NCBI GenBank assembly: GCA_965207225.1
Contig: CBDBLV010000004.1
Coordinates: 672,001-736,000, forward strand
DNA: 64,000 bases
Source: Dehalococcoidia bacterium
GTDB lineage: Bacteria > Chloroflexota > Dehalococcoidia > Plut-88900
Direction: 5' to 3'
Below the pieces are notes generated by a model. The model was given only the letters and a program-made list of their open reading frames with translations. It ran no database searches and was not told the DNA's origin. Shown here piece by piece: positions 40,006-51,298 of this stretch (positions are counted from its first letter, which is position 1; every line of letters begins with the position of its first letter). The translations under genes and the position numbers were made by a program.

Positions 40006-43000
40006 ATGGCGGTTGCTGTGGCCCTTAGGCTTGTAACGCTGTGCCTGTTTGCAGCGCTGGTCGCCATCGCGACCAGCGCTGCCGAGCCCGCTTTTGCTGC
40101 CCCCTCGCCCCCGGCGAGCAGCATCTCCCTGGACAGTCTGCCGAAGCCAAGAGGAACCTCAAATGTCTGGTGGGAGCTCTTCGTGCGCAACGATCCAGTC
40201 CCCGGTCACCCACCGGCGGCGGCTTATGATGTAGTCGTTCGCATTACCGCCACGGCCAATGGTCAGGAGTACAAGCAGCACACAACTGTTAGCAACCCTT
40301 CATCCGGGTACATTGACCGGGACCGTGGAGTGTGGGTCATCCCCTTTATACCACCGGGGGGCAGCGCTGACGTGATCATTCAGCCCGCAGCATTCTTTCC
40401 TCGATTCAATCAGGATACACCAGTCCGCCTGCACGCTGAATTGGTTTCACATCGTTACCTCGCCAGCGAAGCAGGCAGCCAAGGGAGTATTGAAACCGAG
40501 GATTGGTACATTAGGGCTGCGAATGCTTATCTTTTTGCATGGCCAGGTGCAGAAGTAGGCGTAAGAGTTCGCAGCCTTAACAACAGGGTTCCAGCGTTAG
40601 GTACGCAGACCACGTTTGATGTTCGTGCGATTAATGTACCCTACAATGACCCAGACCCAAGAGTTCTAATAGTACCAAGCAAGCAGATTGGCAAAGTATG
40701 GGATGTGAAGATCAAGATCGATCTTTCGCCGGGGTTGTCTTTAGCTCCCGGATGGACTGCGCCGACCGGCACATCCTTTGACGCCGAAAGCGGTATCTGG
40801 AATGTGGGGTTAATTAGTGGCACAAATACCGGTACGACAATGTCTTTGCCGGTACTCCTCGCCGCGGATAACGTTCCCTTGGAGCAGCGGTGCCTGACGG
40901 CGACGGTGGTGAGCTCCACACCCGACTTCGAGCTGGACCCGGGGGTGCTGGTGAACGACTTCTCCACCGAGTGCCTGGGCGAAGATCCGATATTGAACGA
41001 GGGCGATATTGCTGTTTTCAAGTACGTTTCCTGCGTTGGCCGCACATCTTACCCCTGCACCAGCGATGACACACTGGAATTGGTGGCAAAGCATGAAGCG
41101 GCATTCTGGCAGCCTGAAGATGTCATTGTCCAAGTCAGGGACGTCCAGGGAAGGGTTGAGGCGGGATGGAGCACCGGCAAGACGGCAAGGCACCTTGCTT
41201 CTGTTCCTTCGATCCCTGGTGTTGGTGTCATCTTCGAAGTCATTGATAGCGGGTACAACGCATACACTTTTGCAATTAGCGACGTGGTGCCAAAACAACG
41301 GCCCGGCAAATTTACAGTTGTGGCCGGCAACCAAGGAAACATTACCATCTTGGACGCCGACACAATGCTGTCCGCGGGACCGTACAACCTTAATGAACCA
41401 ATTCCCGCATTAGTAGTTTTCGGCACTTTGGGCACATATAAGGTAAAGATAACCGTTGGGGCTACCAAGTCGGGGACGGCGTACACCGACAGCGGCGTCT
41501 ACACCTTCCACGTGGGGCCGATAGCGGAGCTTGCGGTGCGGGACGGCGGTCGCAGCCCACTGGCGGCGCCGGACCAGCAAGCCTACACCATCCTCGCGGC
41601 CAACAACGGACCAGACGCGGCCTCGGCTGTGGTGGTAACCCTCACAGGCGTACCCCAGGGCGCGGAGGCCATCGTCAGTGGCAGCACCAAGCGCGTGGAC
41701 GACGAAGACGTCAGCGGCAGCGATGGAAGGTACGCGCAGGGCGACTGCGTAGACGGATTCTGCGAAGCCACCTGGACCATCGGAAAGATGTCCGTTTCCT
41801 CTGGCAGGACCTCCATCGGCAAGATGCCCTTCCCCACGCTGACCCTGATCGCCCCGGACGGCGCGTCCACGTCGGGCATTGAGGCCAGCATCGAAAGCAC
41901 CGAGCCCTACTCGGTTACCATCGACGGCACGGTCCACTCCACCGCCTACTTCGACTACATCGATGAGAACAACAGCGCTCACATCGCTGCCCGGGCCGGA
42001 GCCGGCGGGCCAGTGCCGGGAACGCCACAGGACCTGCAAGCGCAGTTCTACACCGTTCCATTCACGACCGCCCTCGTGTGGTGGACCGAGCTTGAGTCGG
42101 TGAACAGCTTCCCTGTGTCCCGCTACGAGGTGTTCACGGAGCGGCCGAATGGTGGAGCCTGCCAGGCGCCGAGTACGGACCAAGCGGGAGAGCGGCTCAC
42201 GGGAACGACGTACGCGGACCGCCGTGCGAAGGAGGGCGAGCTCACGTGCTACTACGTGCGGGCAGTGAATACTCATAAAGTTCCCGGCTACTGGGCGGGG
42301 CCGGTGATGGCGACCGGCGACAGCCCGGACCAGCCGCGGCTGTCGGTGCAGGGAGGCGATCCAGTCGACGAGGGCGACGCCGCCCAATTCACGGTCAGCG
42401 CCTCCCCGGCCCCCGCCGCCGGAGACAGTCTCACCTTTGGCTACACGGTGATCCAGCGTGGCGACTACGTAGCCGACAGAGAGTTGGGCCAGAAGCATGC
42501 AACCATAGGCAACAGCGGCCGCGCCACCATAACCGTCCTCACCGTGGGGAACGATACCGACGACGCCGACGGGGAGATATTCGTCACCCTGAACAACGGC
42601 GAGGGCTACACGGCGTCTTCGGACCGGTCGGCCAGTGTCGAGGTGAGGGACAACGACAATCCCGAGGTGTCCTTCGCCGACGACCCGGCCACGGCCACCG
42701 TGAGCGAGGGAGATGGCGGTTACGACGTGGTGGTCAACCTGGTTCCGGCGCCCCACGCCGCCACCACCATCAGGTACCAGATCGGGGGCGTCGCCGAGGC
42801 CGGCGAGGATTTCACGATCGGCGGCCTGAGCAACGGCTTTGGGTCGGTCTGGGTTGGACCCGGCTCGTCCAGCGTGAACATCCCCGTGCGGCTGATCAAC
42901 GACCGGGAGAGCGAGCAGGAGGATTTCCTGGACATCTACCTGCGCGCGGGAGAGAACTACGACGTGGGAACTCCGTCCCGCTACACGCTGACCATCACCG

Positions 43001-44808
43001 ACAACGACGGCCCCGGGGCGCAGTTCGCCCGGACCGATAGCGAGGTTGGCGAGTCCGACGGGAGCACGACTGTGACCGTCAACCTGGTCCCGGCGCCCAC
43101 CGAGGACGTGACCATAAACTACACCCTTGGCGGCGGCACGGCTCAGAGCGGCGACTACAGCATCGAAGGCTTAACCGGCTCTTCCGGGTCGGTGACGGTC
43201 TCCGCCGGGATCAACAGCGTCGGCATCCCGGTAACCATCAACCCCGACGGCGACTCCGAGCCCGACGAGACGGTGGTGCTGACGCTGGGGAACGGCTCGG
43301 ACTACACCGTCGGGACGACTCGGACGCACACGCTGACCATCCTGGACGACGACCGGCCGCGGGCCAGCTTCGCCTCCGATGCATCCAGCATCATGGAGGC
43401 GGACACCGAGCACCCCGTGAGGGTCAACCTCGACCCTGTGCCCACAGACAACCTGACCCTGAGCTACGGCTTGGCAGGCAGTACGGCCACGCGCAACCGG
43501 GACTACCGGGCGGATGGCACGGTGCAGGTGAACGCAGGCAATGACCACGTTCACATCCCGGTGGAGATCTTCCACAACGGCGAAAGCGAGCCGGACGAGA
43601 CTGTGGTTCTGACGCTGCGGGTCGGCTCGGGAAACAACGTGGGCGAAGAAAGCGTGCATACGCTGACCATCACGGACAACAACCTGCCTATGGTCGCCTT
43701 TGAGACGGCGGAGGGCAGCGTGAGTGAGACGGGCCGCACGCACCGGGCGGTCATCACCCTGGACCCGGCGCCCCACGAGGATCTCACCATCGGCTACACC
43801 GTTGGCGGCACGTCCACGGAGGGAGTGCACGGCCAGCACGGCCCAGGCGACGACTTCACCATCCGTGATTCAGGCACGGTCACGGTCCCGCCCGGACAGA
43901 CTCAGGCCTTCGTGCCGATAACCATCCTCAACGACTCGGACGCCGAGGGAGATGAGACTCTGACGCTGACGTTGACCGGCGGCGACGGCTACGCCCTCGA
44001 TACGTCGGCGAACATCTACGAGCTGACCATCCTGGACGACGACGCGCCGGAGGTATCCTTCACGGCGGCCTCGGGCGAGCCGGGCGAGGGCGCCGGCATG
44101 CACGTGGTGCGGGTCAGGCTGGACGGGCAGACGGACAATCCGGTGACAGTGGGCGTCAGCGTCAGCTTCCCGCCCAATATCGGCTCTGACAGCCCCGCTG
44201 ACCACAGCGCCATTCCCGGCAGCGTTACGATTCCGGCGGGTATGCTTGAAACCGAGATCGAGATAACCATCACCGACGACCCTGACAACGAGGCCGACGA
44301 GGTGGTCGTCCTGACTCTGGAGCCCGGCACGGGGTACTCCCTGTCGCAGGACAAGCCCACGGAGTACACGCTGACCATCGTGGACAACGACGCGGACGAG
44401 AACACCCCGGTGGCCAGTCGCGACCATCCCCATGCCCACGGGCAGGGCTCGACACATTTTGAAGTCTACGAAGGCCATACGCGGATCCCGACGTGGTACG
44501 TGACCGGGAACTTCGCGGGGGATGTGATCTTCCAGTACGTCGGCGGAACGGCGACCCTGGACGAGGACTTCCGCTTGTTCCGCATACAGGGTCAGATCGA
44601 GAAGGTGGGCGACACCTTCACGGTCCGGTCCCTTGACTCCCCCCACGACTCCGACAGGGAAGCGGGCCTCCGTTGGGCCAGGTTCACGTTCGACCCGATA
44701 CGAGACCAGGAGCGGGAAGGCGGCGAGACGGTTATCCTCCGGGTGCTGAACGGCCCGGGCTACACCGTCGAGGAGCCCACCGAGCTCACCATCACCATCA
44801 TTGACTAG
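40006..44808 (+). CDS. Large adhesin-like protein (DUF11-like, FN3, tandem Calx-beta)
   Basis: 'NNGPDAA', FN3 'YYVRAVN', repeats 'D...E.DETVVLTL..G..Y.VG....HTLTI.DDD'. Confidence 0.85.
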   Translation: MAVAVALRLVTLCLFAALVAIATSAAEPAFAAPSPPASSISLDSLPKPRGTSNVWWELFVRNDPVPGHPPAAAYDVVVRITATANGQEYKQHTTVSNPSSGYIDRDRGVWVIPFIPPGGSADVIIQPAAFFPRFNQDTPVRLHAELVSHRYLASEAGSQGSIETEDWYIRAANAYLFAWPGAEVGVRVRSLNNRVPALGTQTTFDVRAINVPYNDPDPRVLIVPSKQIGKVWDVKIKIDLSPGLSLAPGWTAPTGTSFDAESGIWNVGLISGTNTGTTMSLPVLLAADNVPLEQRCLTATVVSSTPDFELDPGVLVNDFSTECLGEDPILNEGDIAVFKYVSCVGRTSYPCTSDDTLELVAKHEAAFWQPEDVIVQVRDVQGRVEAGWSTGKTARHLASVPSIPGVGVIFEVIDSGYNAYTFAISDVVPKQRPGKFTVVAGNQGNITILDADTMLSAGPYNLNEPIPALVVFGTLGTYKVKITVGATKSGTAYTDSGVYTFHVGPIAELAVRDGGRSPLAAPDQQAYTILAANNGPDAASAVVVTLTGVPQGAEAIVSGSTKRVDDEDVSGSDGRYAQGDCVDGFCEATWTIGKMSVSSGRTSIGKMPFPTLTLIAPDGASTSGIEASIESTEPYSVTIDGTVHSTAYFDYIDENNSAHIAARAGAGGPVPGTPQDLQAQFYTVPFTTALVWWTELESVNSFPVSRYEVFTERPNGGACQAPSTDQAGERLTGTTYADRRAKEGELTCYYVRAVNTHKVPGYWAGPVMATGDSPDQPRLSVQGGDPVDEGDAAQFTVSASPAPAAGDSLTFGYTVIQRGDYVADRELGQKHATIGNSGRATITVLTVGNDTDDADGEIFVTLNNGEGYTASSDRSASVEVRDNDNPEVSFADDPATATVSEGDGGYDVVVNLVPAPHAATTIRYQIGGVAEAGEDFTIGGLSNGFGSVWVGPGSSSVNIPVRLINDRESEQEDFLDIYLRAGENYDVGTPSRYTLTITDNDGPGAQFARTDSEVGESDGSTTVTVNLVPAPTEDVTINYTLGGGTAQSGDYSIEGLTGSSGSVTVSAGINSVGIPVTINPDGDSEPDETVVLTLGNGSDYTVGTTRTHTLTILDDDRPRASFASDASSIMEADTEHPVRVNLDPVPTDNLTLSYGLAGSTATRNRDYRADGTVQVNAGNDHVHIPVEIFHNGESEPDETVVLTLRVGSGNNVGEESVHTLTITDNNLPMVAFETAEGSVSETGRTHRAVITLDPAPHEDLTIGYTVGGTSTEGVHGQHGPGDDFTIRDSGTVTVPPGQTQAFVPITILNDSDAEGDETLTLTLTGGDGYALDTSANIYELTILDDDAPEVSFTAASGEPGEGAGMHVVRVRLDGQTDNPVTVGVSVSFPPNIGSDSPADHSAIPGSVTIPAGMLETEIEITITDDPDNEADEVVVLTLEPGTGYSLSQDKPTEYTLTIVDNDADENTPVASRDHPHAHGQGSTHFEVYEGHTRIPTWYVTGNFAGDVIFQYVGGTATLDEDFRLFRIQGQIEKVGDTFTVRSLDSPHDSDREAGLRWARFTFDPIRDQEREGGETVILRVLNGPGYTVEEPTELTITIID

Positions 44809-44939
44809 AAGCAACCGGCCGGCGTCCCCACGGGGGCCATGGGCTGAAGGCGGCAGTTCGGCTGCCGACCATTGGACGCCAACGCGCCGGTGCCGATGCG
44901 GACTTGGTGAAACGCAAAGAGAGCGGGATACATGCCGGT

Positions 44940-44978
44940 AGAGAGGGAGGCCATCCAATTCGGATAGCCTCCCTCTCT
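44940..44978. terminator. Hairpin between convergent genes
   Basis: Perfect 12-bp stem AGAGAGGGAGGC/GCCTCCCTCTCT. Confidence 0.6.
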
Positions 44979-44983
44979 TGTAC

Positions 44984-46141
44984 CTAAGCGGTCGCCGCCC
45001 CCGGCCGCATCAACAGTGCGGAGTAGCCCGGCGCCACCACGTGATCCACGGACACCTTCCCTGCGCCGTCGTACCCAGCGCGGAAGGCGTACTCCACCTC
45101 CGCGCCCCAGGGCACGCGCCCGCCGACGCGCACCGCACCGCCCCTGGCCGTGCCGTCTCTACCGCGAGCGCCGTGCACCACCATCCCGCTGCGCTCTCCC
45201 TTCTTCCAGCCCAGCACCTTCAAGGCCACGGGCATCACCCGCTCTTCCCCCTGCCTCCGCTGGAACAGCGCTCCGTGCAGCTTCTTGAGTACCGTAGCCG
45301 ACGGGTTGCGCTGGCCGTTCATGATCTGGGAGAGGTGGCCGGAGCTGATGCCCGCCCTACGCGCCACCTCGTTCTGGCTGACGTTCAACTCGTCCATCCG
45401 CTCCCAGATGAACTGCCGGTCTACGTCGGGGCACTGGGCGGACTCGACCTTCGCACGTCCCTCAAGCACGGCCTCGACCCTGGCCTGGAGCTTCACCCCC
45501 ATGCTACGGTGCCCTCTGGACACCTGGCTGAGGTACCCGGCGGACACTCCCACCTTCTCGGCCAGCTCCCTCATGGTTAGTCCGAGGGCGCGGGCGGTCT
45601 CCCTGATGAAGCTGCTGGCCTCACTCTCGATCACGTCACCCTGGCGGTTGGCGCACTGTGCGGGGGCGACCCTGGCCGGAGCGTTCAGGACCGACTCGAT
45701 GCTGGCCTGCACCTTGGGTCCCATGTTCCGGCGTCCCCTTGCCACCTGCGTCAAGTACGAGTAGCTCACGCCCGACCGGTCGGACAGTTCCAGCATGGTG
45801 ATTCCTATCTCGCGTGCGCGCTCCCGGATGAAGGTACTTTCTGCATCTACCTCGCGGGTCTGTCGGTAGACGATCCCCTGCCCAGGGACCTCTCCCAGCA
45901 CGGCCATCGCCTTCTCCCGCAGGTTGGGGGTCCAGGGCTTCTTGCCTGTGCCGACCTGGGACAGGTGGCTTGCGCTGACGCCCATCAGGGCCGCAAGCTC
46001 CTTCAAGGTGAGGCCGCGCTTCCTGGCGGCGGCCCTGAGCTCGCTCTCGGGCCTGCCCCTGCGCTCGGCGGTCTCCGCCGCATCCGTCGTGGTTTCCGTG
46101 TCCTTGGTCCGATTGGTCGTCGTGGTGGTTGCCGTCGTCAT
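44984..46141 (-). CDS. Regulator with four tandem XRE HTH domains
   Basis: Four 'G.T..ELA...GVS..YLSQV..G.R' units. Confidence 0.85.
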   Translation of the reverse strand: MTTATTTTTNRTKDTETTTDAAETAERRGRPESELRAAARKRGLTLKELAALMGVSASHLSQVGTGKKPWTPNLREKAMAVLGEVPGQGIVYRQTREVDAESTFIRERAREIGITMLELSDRSGVSYSYLTQVARGRRNMGPKVQASIESVLNAPARVAPAQCANRQGDVIESEASSFIRETARALGLTMRELAEKVGVSAGYLSQVSRGHRSMGVKLQARVEAVLEGRAKVESAQCPDVDRQFIWERMDELNVSQNEVARRAGISSGHLSQIMNGQRNPSATVLKKLHGALFQRRQGEERVMPVALKVLGWKKGERSGMVVHGARGRDGTARGGAVRVGGRVPWGAEVEYAFRAGYDGAGKVSVDHVVAPGYSALLMRPGAATA

Positions 46142-46600
46142 GTCGCTTCTCCTTTCAATGAAGAAGCGGGACGGCCTACCACCCCCGTGGGGTGGAGACA
46201 GTCCCGCTCGAATTGGTTGTCCCGAATGCCGGGACTGTCTCCGTGGGTTTTGTGTTGTCGTTGTGGCCGATGGCCGGCTGCGGCGTCCTCCGTGTCGCTG
46301 TACTGGGCAGGCTCTACGTGGGGAAGCCGTGTGCGGGCAATGTCAGTGCCCGTCGTGCGTTGGGCATAGTTCCTCCTGGGTGGGTGAGTGGATGGGTGGT
46401 GCGGGACTGGGTCCCGCAAGCAAGGGGCGGAGCGGTCAGGCTCCGGCGTGGCAAACGATGTGGAGAGTCGGAACGAGGGGAGCGCTAGCTAGCGGCGCAC
46501 TCGGCCCAAGCAAGCAGGTGTAAGAAGGCAGCGCGTCCTCGCCCGGGTTGCAAGAACAACCGCGCCGCCGATGCGACCGAGGAGGGTGCGGAGAGCCGGG

Positions 46601-47104
46601 TCAAGGGCAAGCCTTCGCTAGAGCCTGCCTCGTACTCGATACGAGAGGCTGGAGGCCCCGGAGGCTGCGCTCCGAGACCAACTTGCCGGGCCGCCAGCGC
46701 ATCCCCAGGACCGCAGCCACCTCCAGCGTCCCGTCGCCGTGGGGAACCAGCGCCGAGACCCTGCCCGTGCCCTGGCTGTAGAGCACGGCGTTCTGGTCCC
46801 CGAACCGCCGCTTCACCAATGCCTTCCACTCGGAGAAGGCCCAGCGAGCCTCCCTCGGCGTGGCCTGCGCCACGTTCGCACTGCCCAGCGCCGCCAGCGC
46901 CCCGTCCACGTCCCCCGCCTGCCTGAGCCGCCGAGCCTCGTGGATGGAGCGGGTTGCGCTCCGCTCAACCGGGTGAGTCTCCGTCTCCCCCGTGAATCCC
47001 ATCGCCGCGAACACCCGGTCCACCAGTTCCTCCAAGCTGCGCCGGGGCCGCATCGTCTCCGTGTCCATCGTCTGTCCGTGAGTCGCCAATGTCGCCGTCG
47101 TCAT
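46601..47104 (-). CDS. Hypothetical ICE protein
   Basis: RBS AGGAGG; coding-like composition. Confidence 0.6.
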   Translation of the reverse strand: MTTATLATHGQTMDTETMRPRRSLEELVDRVFAAMGFTGETETHPVERSATRSIHEARRLRQAGDVDGALAALGSANVAQATPREARWAFSEWKALVKRRFGDQNAVLYSQGTGRVSALVPHGDGTLEVAAVLGMRWRPGKLVSERSLRGLQPLVSSTRQALAKACP

Positions 47105-47232
47105 CGTGCACCTCCTACGTGCCTGTGTGTTGCCTTGAATCCGTTACGCCCGCTTTCGGGCAAAGAAGTAGGGGCCGCCCTCGGAGAGAGCGACCCCTGC
47201 GTGTTGTGATGGGTTGTGAGAGCCCGAAGCCG

Positions 47233-47748
47233 TCAGCGTCTGAGTCTGCGGACCGTGCGCCGGGGCATGAACCGCCTGAGCAGCAGCCAGCCGATGCCCA
47301 GACCGAACAGGTTCAGGAAGAACAGCTCCAGGTCGAGGGTGAGCAGCGGCGCGGCGACGACCAGGGCGACGACCCCGGCCACCACGACCTTCTTCCGCTT
47401 CCACCAGGGTTTCTTGGCCTCAGCCCCAACCGCCGCGTCCCTGACCGGCTCGTAGGCCGTCCAGATCGGCAGACCGGTGAGGGCCTCAAGCTCGGTGACT
47501 ATCACGCCGCGACCGCAGCCCCGTGTGTGGCACCGTACGTCGATGCCGTTGCCGTCGGGTCGCTGCCGAAACGCCAGCCCGTCGGACTTCCCGCCGTGGC
47601 ACACCGCCGTGCTGGTCCAGAACCAGCCTCTGTCGAAGCTGACGCGATGCGCCAGCAGGTCTGCGATCCGCGCCGCGCTGGGTCCGGTGTACCGTTCCGC
47701 CATGCTCGTACCTCCTTCTCCGTTGTCCTGTGTCCTTGATTCGTCCAT
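47233..47748 (-). CDS. Zn-finger-like (CH...CH..GC) protein with C-terminal membrane anchor
   Basis: 'VCHGGKSDGL...VRCHTRGC'; two hydrophobic helices; alternative start 47703. Confidence 0.6.
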   Translation of the reverse strand: MDESRTQDNGEGGTSMAERYTGPSAARIADLLAHRVSFDRGWFWTSTAVCHGGKSDGLAFRQRPDGNGIDVRCHTRGCGRGVIVTELEALTGLPIWTAYEPVRDAAVGAEAKKPWWKRKKVVVAGVVALVVAAPLLTLDLELFFLNLFGLGIGWLLLRRFMPRRTVRRLRR

Positions 47749-48415
47749 GTGCGTTACCTCCTTCTGTGTTGTGTGCCGTTGACTCCGTTCCTAAGACGCA
47801 CCCGGACCGCCAGCGATGCAAACGCATGGGAGACCGGGGTGAAAGAAGACGCAGCTCGCCCAAGGTGAAGTCGGTCAGTGGGGAAGAGTTGCGAGACGTG
47901 AAGCGGCCAGCCTGCTCGGAGCGGCAGACCGGCGCGTGTCGTAGCTGCGGTGTAGCCGCGTGCCAGCCATCCCGCAGACGTGTCGAACTGGCCGAGGCGA
48001 CAGGCGCACTTCGACCAGTTTGCCGGGGACGAGGCGCTCATGCGCACCCGTCCTCCTTGGCCCAACGGATGAGGCGATCAACCCCAGCCGTCAGACCTAT
48101 GCCCAGCGGGTGAGGGATCAACGTCAAACTTCAACCGCCGGACTGAGCCGGGGACGGAGGCCCTTGCGTCAACTCCGTCGAATCGGCCCGCGCTGGTTGC
48201 GAAGGACCAACGTCAAACTCCGCATTGCCAGCATTCCCTCTTGGGCGAAGCCCGTGCAACAGGGATCACGCACCCAGGTTTCTATGGTCGGAAACCTTGG
48301 AGAAAGCCAAACAGTGGGGTCATTATCGCAGGTCTCCGACGCCGAAAAGACCCCACGCATGCCCCCACCCTGAGAATTGCTCTGGGGTTCACTCCCGCAT
48401 CGGCAACGCCGGGCG

Positions 48416-49261
48416 CTACTGCGAGGGCCGCCGCCACCTCAGAGTGAGCGCCCGCCACACCTTGGTCACGACCTCGCGCCTGGCCCGCGCTCTCCGCGTG
48501 TCGAAGAGGGCCTTCCTGCGCCAGCTGACCTGGCCGCTGCGGTCGAGGCCGTGCAGGGGCTGCTTCTCCGGAGGCAGCGTCATCCCGTGCTCCTCCAGCA
48601 ATGCAAGCTCCATCTCCAGCAGCCGCTCCCGCTCCATAAGCCAATCAAAGCCCTTCCCCTCGTTGGGGTGAGACTCCTTCAATTCCCGCCACAGGGCGAT
48701 CAGGGACCAGGCGTCTCCGAAGACCTCCTCGTCGTCATCGGCAGGCTCAAGGGTCACCAGATCGGGGTACTCGCGCCGCATCGACGACTTTGACGCAGGA
48801 CTTCCTTCGCTCACTGACCCTGCATCATCGCCTTCCTGGGAGGGACCGGCGCCGGCGTGACCGGCCCCGGTCGTCTTCGGACTCACTGTGCCCTCCTTTG
48901 CCAGAGCCTCCACCGCGCCCTCCACCCTGGACAGCCGCCTGCGCGCCTCCTTGCCCAGCGACTCCATCCCGCTCTCCAACTCCCCCAGGCGCTCCTCCAG
49001 GGCGTCGTTGCGCTCTCGCTGACGGGCCGCCGCAGAACCCACGCCCTCCTGCAAGGCCCGCTCCAGGGACTCCCGCATCCGCCGCGACAGCCTCCCCGTC
49101 CTGGCGCTCTCGGCCACCGTGCGCTGGTCGATCTCCAACACCCGCGCCGCGCCCTTGTATCCCCGCTCCCACACCAGCTCTTGCAGCAACGTCATGAGCC
49201 GCATGTGGTACATGTTCTCGATGTCTCTGCTGTCCTCGATGCCGTGTTCGGTCGTCTTCAT
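48416..49261 (-). CDS. ICE backbone protein (HTH-like N-terminus, coiled coil)
   Basis: 'GYKGAARVLEIDQRTV'; paralog of 19597-20446. Confidence 0.75.
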   Translation of the reverse strand: MKTTEHGIEDSRDIENMYHMRLMTLLQELVWERGYKGAARVLEIDQRTVAESARTGRLSRRMRESLERALQEGVGSAAARQRERNDALEERLGELESGMESLGKEARRRLSRVEGAVEALAKEGTVSPKTTGAGHAGAGPSQEGDDAGSVSEGSPASKSSMRREYPDLVTLEPADDDEEVFGDAWSLIALWRELKESHPNEGKGFDWLMERERLLEMELALLEEHGMTLPPEKQPLHGLDRSGQVSWRRKALFDTRRARARREVVTKVWRALTLRWRRPSQ

Positions 49262-49344
49262 GGCAATTTCCTCCTTCTCCGAAGACTCGTTCCAGCTATG
49301 AATTCCACCAAGTCCGTGATTCGCACGATCTCTCGCCTCGCGTA

Positions 49345-49725
49345 ACGCACCCCCACCTCAAGCGGACTTTTCGGCCGTTTTTGTCATCGGGCCGTCGATT
49401 TTGGCCGCGTCATGCACCCCCACTTCAAGCCTCTTTTTGTCATTGGAGACCGGACTCCGCCCTTTCATCAGATTGCTCACCGTTCACCTCCTGTAGAGGG
49501 GGTTTTGCCCCTGATTTAGCTACGAAATCACGACTTTGACCACTCAGTCACAAAAGTCCATTTCCTGTACACCCCCAATACTGCACGAAACGGGCCTCAG
49601 ATAAGAGGGCATGGATGGTGCCACCATGCGTGGGGTCTTTTTCGGCGTTTGATTTGTTCACACTCTCTGTCGAGGGCTGCGATCCGGCGAATCGCGGCAA
49701 ACCACGAGAGGTGAACATCTTGGCG
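49345..49725 (+). repeat. Conserved 381-bp non-coding backbone block, copy 2, upstream of the T4SS operon
   Basis: Colinear with 21517-21897. Confidence 0.9.
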
Positions 49726-50325
49726 CAGAAATCGAAGCTCCGGTCAAATGGCCGGCTCATTCCGCTGGCGATTGCGTTGCTGCTGGCGGCGCTGGTCGCC
49801 GTCCCCACCAGCAACCTCGCCCTGGCCCAATCGCCGCCCGCTGGCGACATCACCCTGGTCAACACCGACAGAGAATTCGTCGAGCGCAAGAAGGGCGGCG
49901 AGTTCGTCGCACGGCCCCTCTTCGACCGCAAGCTCCAAGACCTCTTCTACGCCGTTCGCGACGCCGACACCGGCGACTGGATATCCGCCATGTACCGGGT
50001 CAGGGGCGGCGAGAAGAAGCGCTCAGACGGCTGAGAGTACTCCTGGGAGTATCCCAGGCTGGACGAGCAGCCCGACCTCGACCCCGACAGGGCCTACCTG
50101 CTGGTCATGCTGGCTCACGCCGAGGACGGCAAGCAGGGAGACTTCTACGCCGTCGTCCCCATCCACGAGCCGGGACGCATCTGGGACAAGATTCTGAGCG
50201 CCCTCAACCCCTCCCGTTGGGCCAGGGCCGCAGCCGGGTGGGTGATCGAGGGAGTCCACGGGACGCTGTGCGGCGTGGTGGAGCGGGCCTCGGGCGAGGA
50301 CGCCGACAACTGTGAGGGGAGTTAG
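49720..50325 (+). pseudogene. Secreted first gene of the transfer operon, with in-frame TGA at 50032-50034
   Basis: TTG start after GAGGTG; signal peptide; frame continues 'SDG*EYSWEYP' into ORF 50107-50325. Confidence 0.7.
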
Positions 50326-50328
50326 CTC

Positions 50329-51298
50329 ATGAGCGACATCCTCACCGGGACTCCTCCCGACCTCACCTACGCCCACGACCTTGTCCAGCAGGCGTGGATG
50401 GTCGTCTGGGCCGTCACGTCCGGCGCCCTAATCGTGATCCTGGGCTGGATGGGCCTCTCGCTCATCGTGTCCGAGCACCTCGGAAGGTCTCAGACAGGTT
50501 GGCGGGAGATGGTCCCCAGGCTCGTCCTCGGCCTCGTTGCAGCGGCGTCGTCCCTGTGGTGGTGCGCCCTGGTCATCGACGTTGCCGACGCCGTGTCCGG
50601 CTTCGTCGCGGTATCACTGAACGTCACCGCTCCGTTCAACCCTCAAGACTCTGCTCACCGCAGTTCAGGCGGGGAGCGTGGGCATGGCGTTGCTGCTGGC
50701 CCTTCTCTACCTGGTCTACGGTTTCTTCGTCCTCTACGTCATCGTGCAGATGATCCTGCGCCTTGCGTTGATCGACATCCTGCTGGCGTTGGCCCCCATA
50801 GCCCTGGGGCTGTGGATTCTGCCGCACACGGCGGGCTGGGGGCGGCACTGGCTCAGGCTCTTCATGACGACCACCTTCCAGCAGGCGATCCAGCTCATCG
50901 CCCTGGCGTTGGGATTCGGGTTCCTGAACGAGGTCGCCGCCATCGCTGCCTTCGAGCCGGTGCAGGACCTGGTGTGGAAGCTGTTGATGTCGTTGGCCTT
51001 CGTCTACATGGCGACCAGGGTGCCGTCCCTTCTTGGCAACGCCGGCACCTTCGACGCCTGGCTGTCCACCCTCTACTTCGGGATGAACCTGCCCGCCTCG
51101 ATGGTGCGGTCGGCCCGGACCATCGGGCTTTTGGCCGGAGGAGCGGCGGGAGGCCCGGGCGGCGTTGCGGTGGGCGCGGTTGCCGCCAGCGCGGGGCTGT
51201 CGGCGGCGGCTGGCGGCCTCAGCTCGGCGGCTTCCATGGCCACCCCGTCGGGCGGCGGTGACGCGGGCAGCGAGGCCCCCAGGAGCGCCGGCGAGTGA
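50329..51298 (+). pseudogene. VirB6/TrbL-like membrane protein, frameshift near 50630
   Basis: Hydrophobic N-half to 'LNVTA', C-half 'LRLALIDILLALAPIALGLWILPHT' in another frame. Confidence 0.75.

Noticed and set aside
50032-50034. TGA recoding (in-frame TGA here and at 35227-35229)
   Set aside because: Many intact genes end in TGA and Trp uses TGG; point mutation in decaying genes is simpler.
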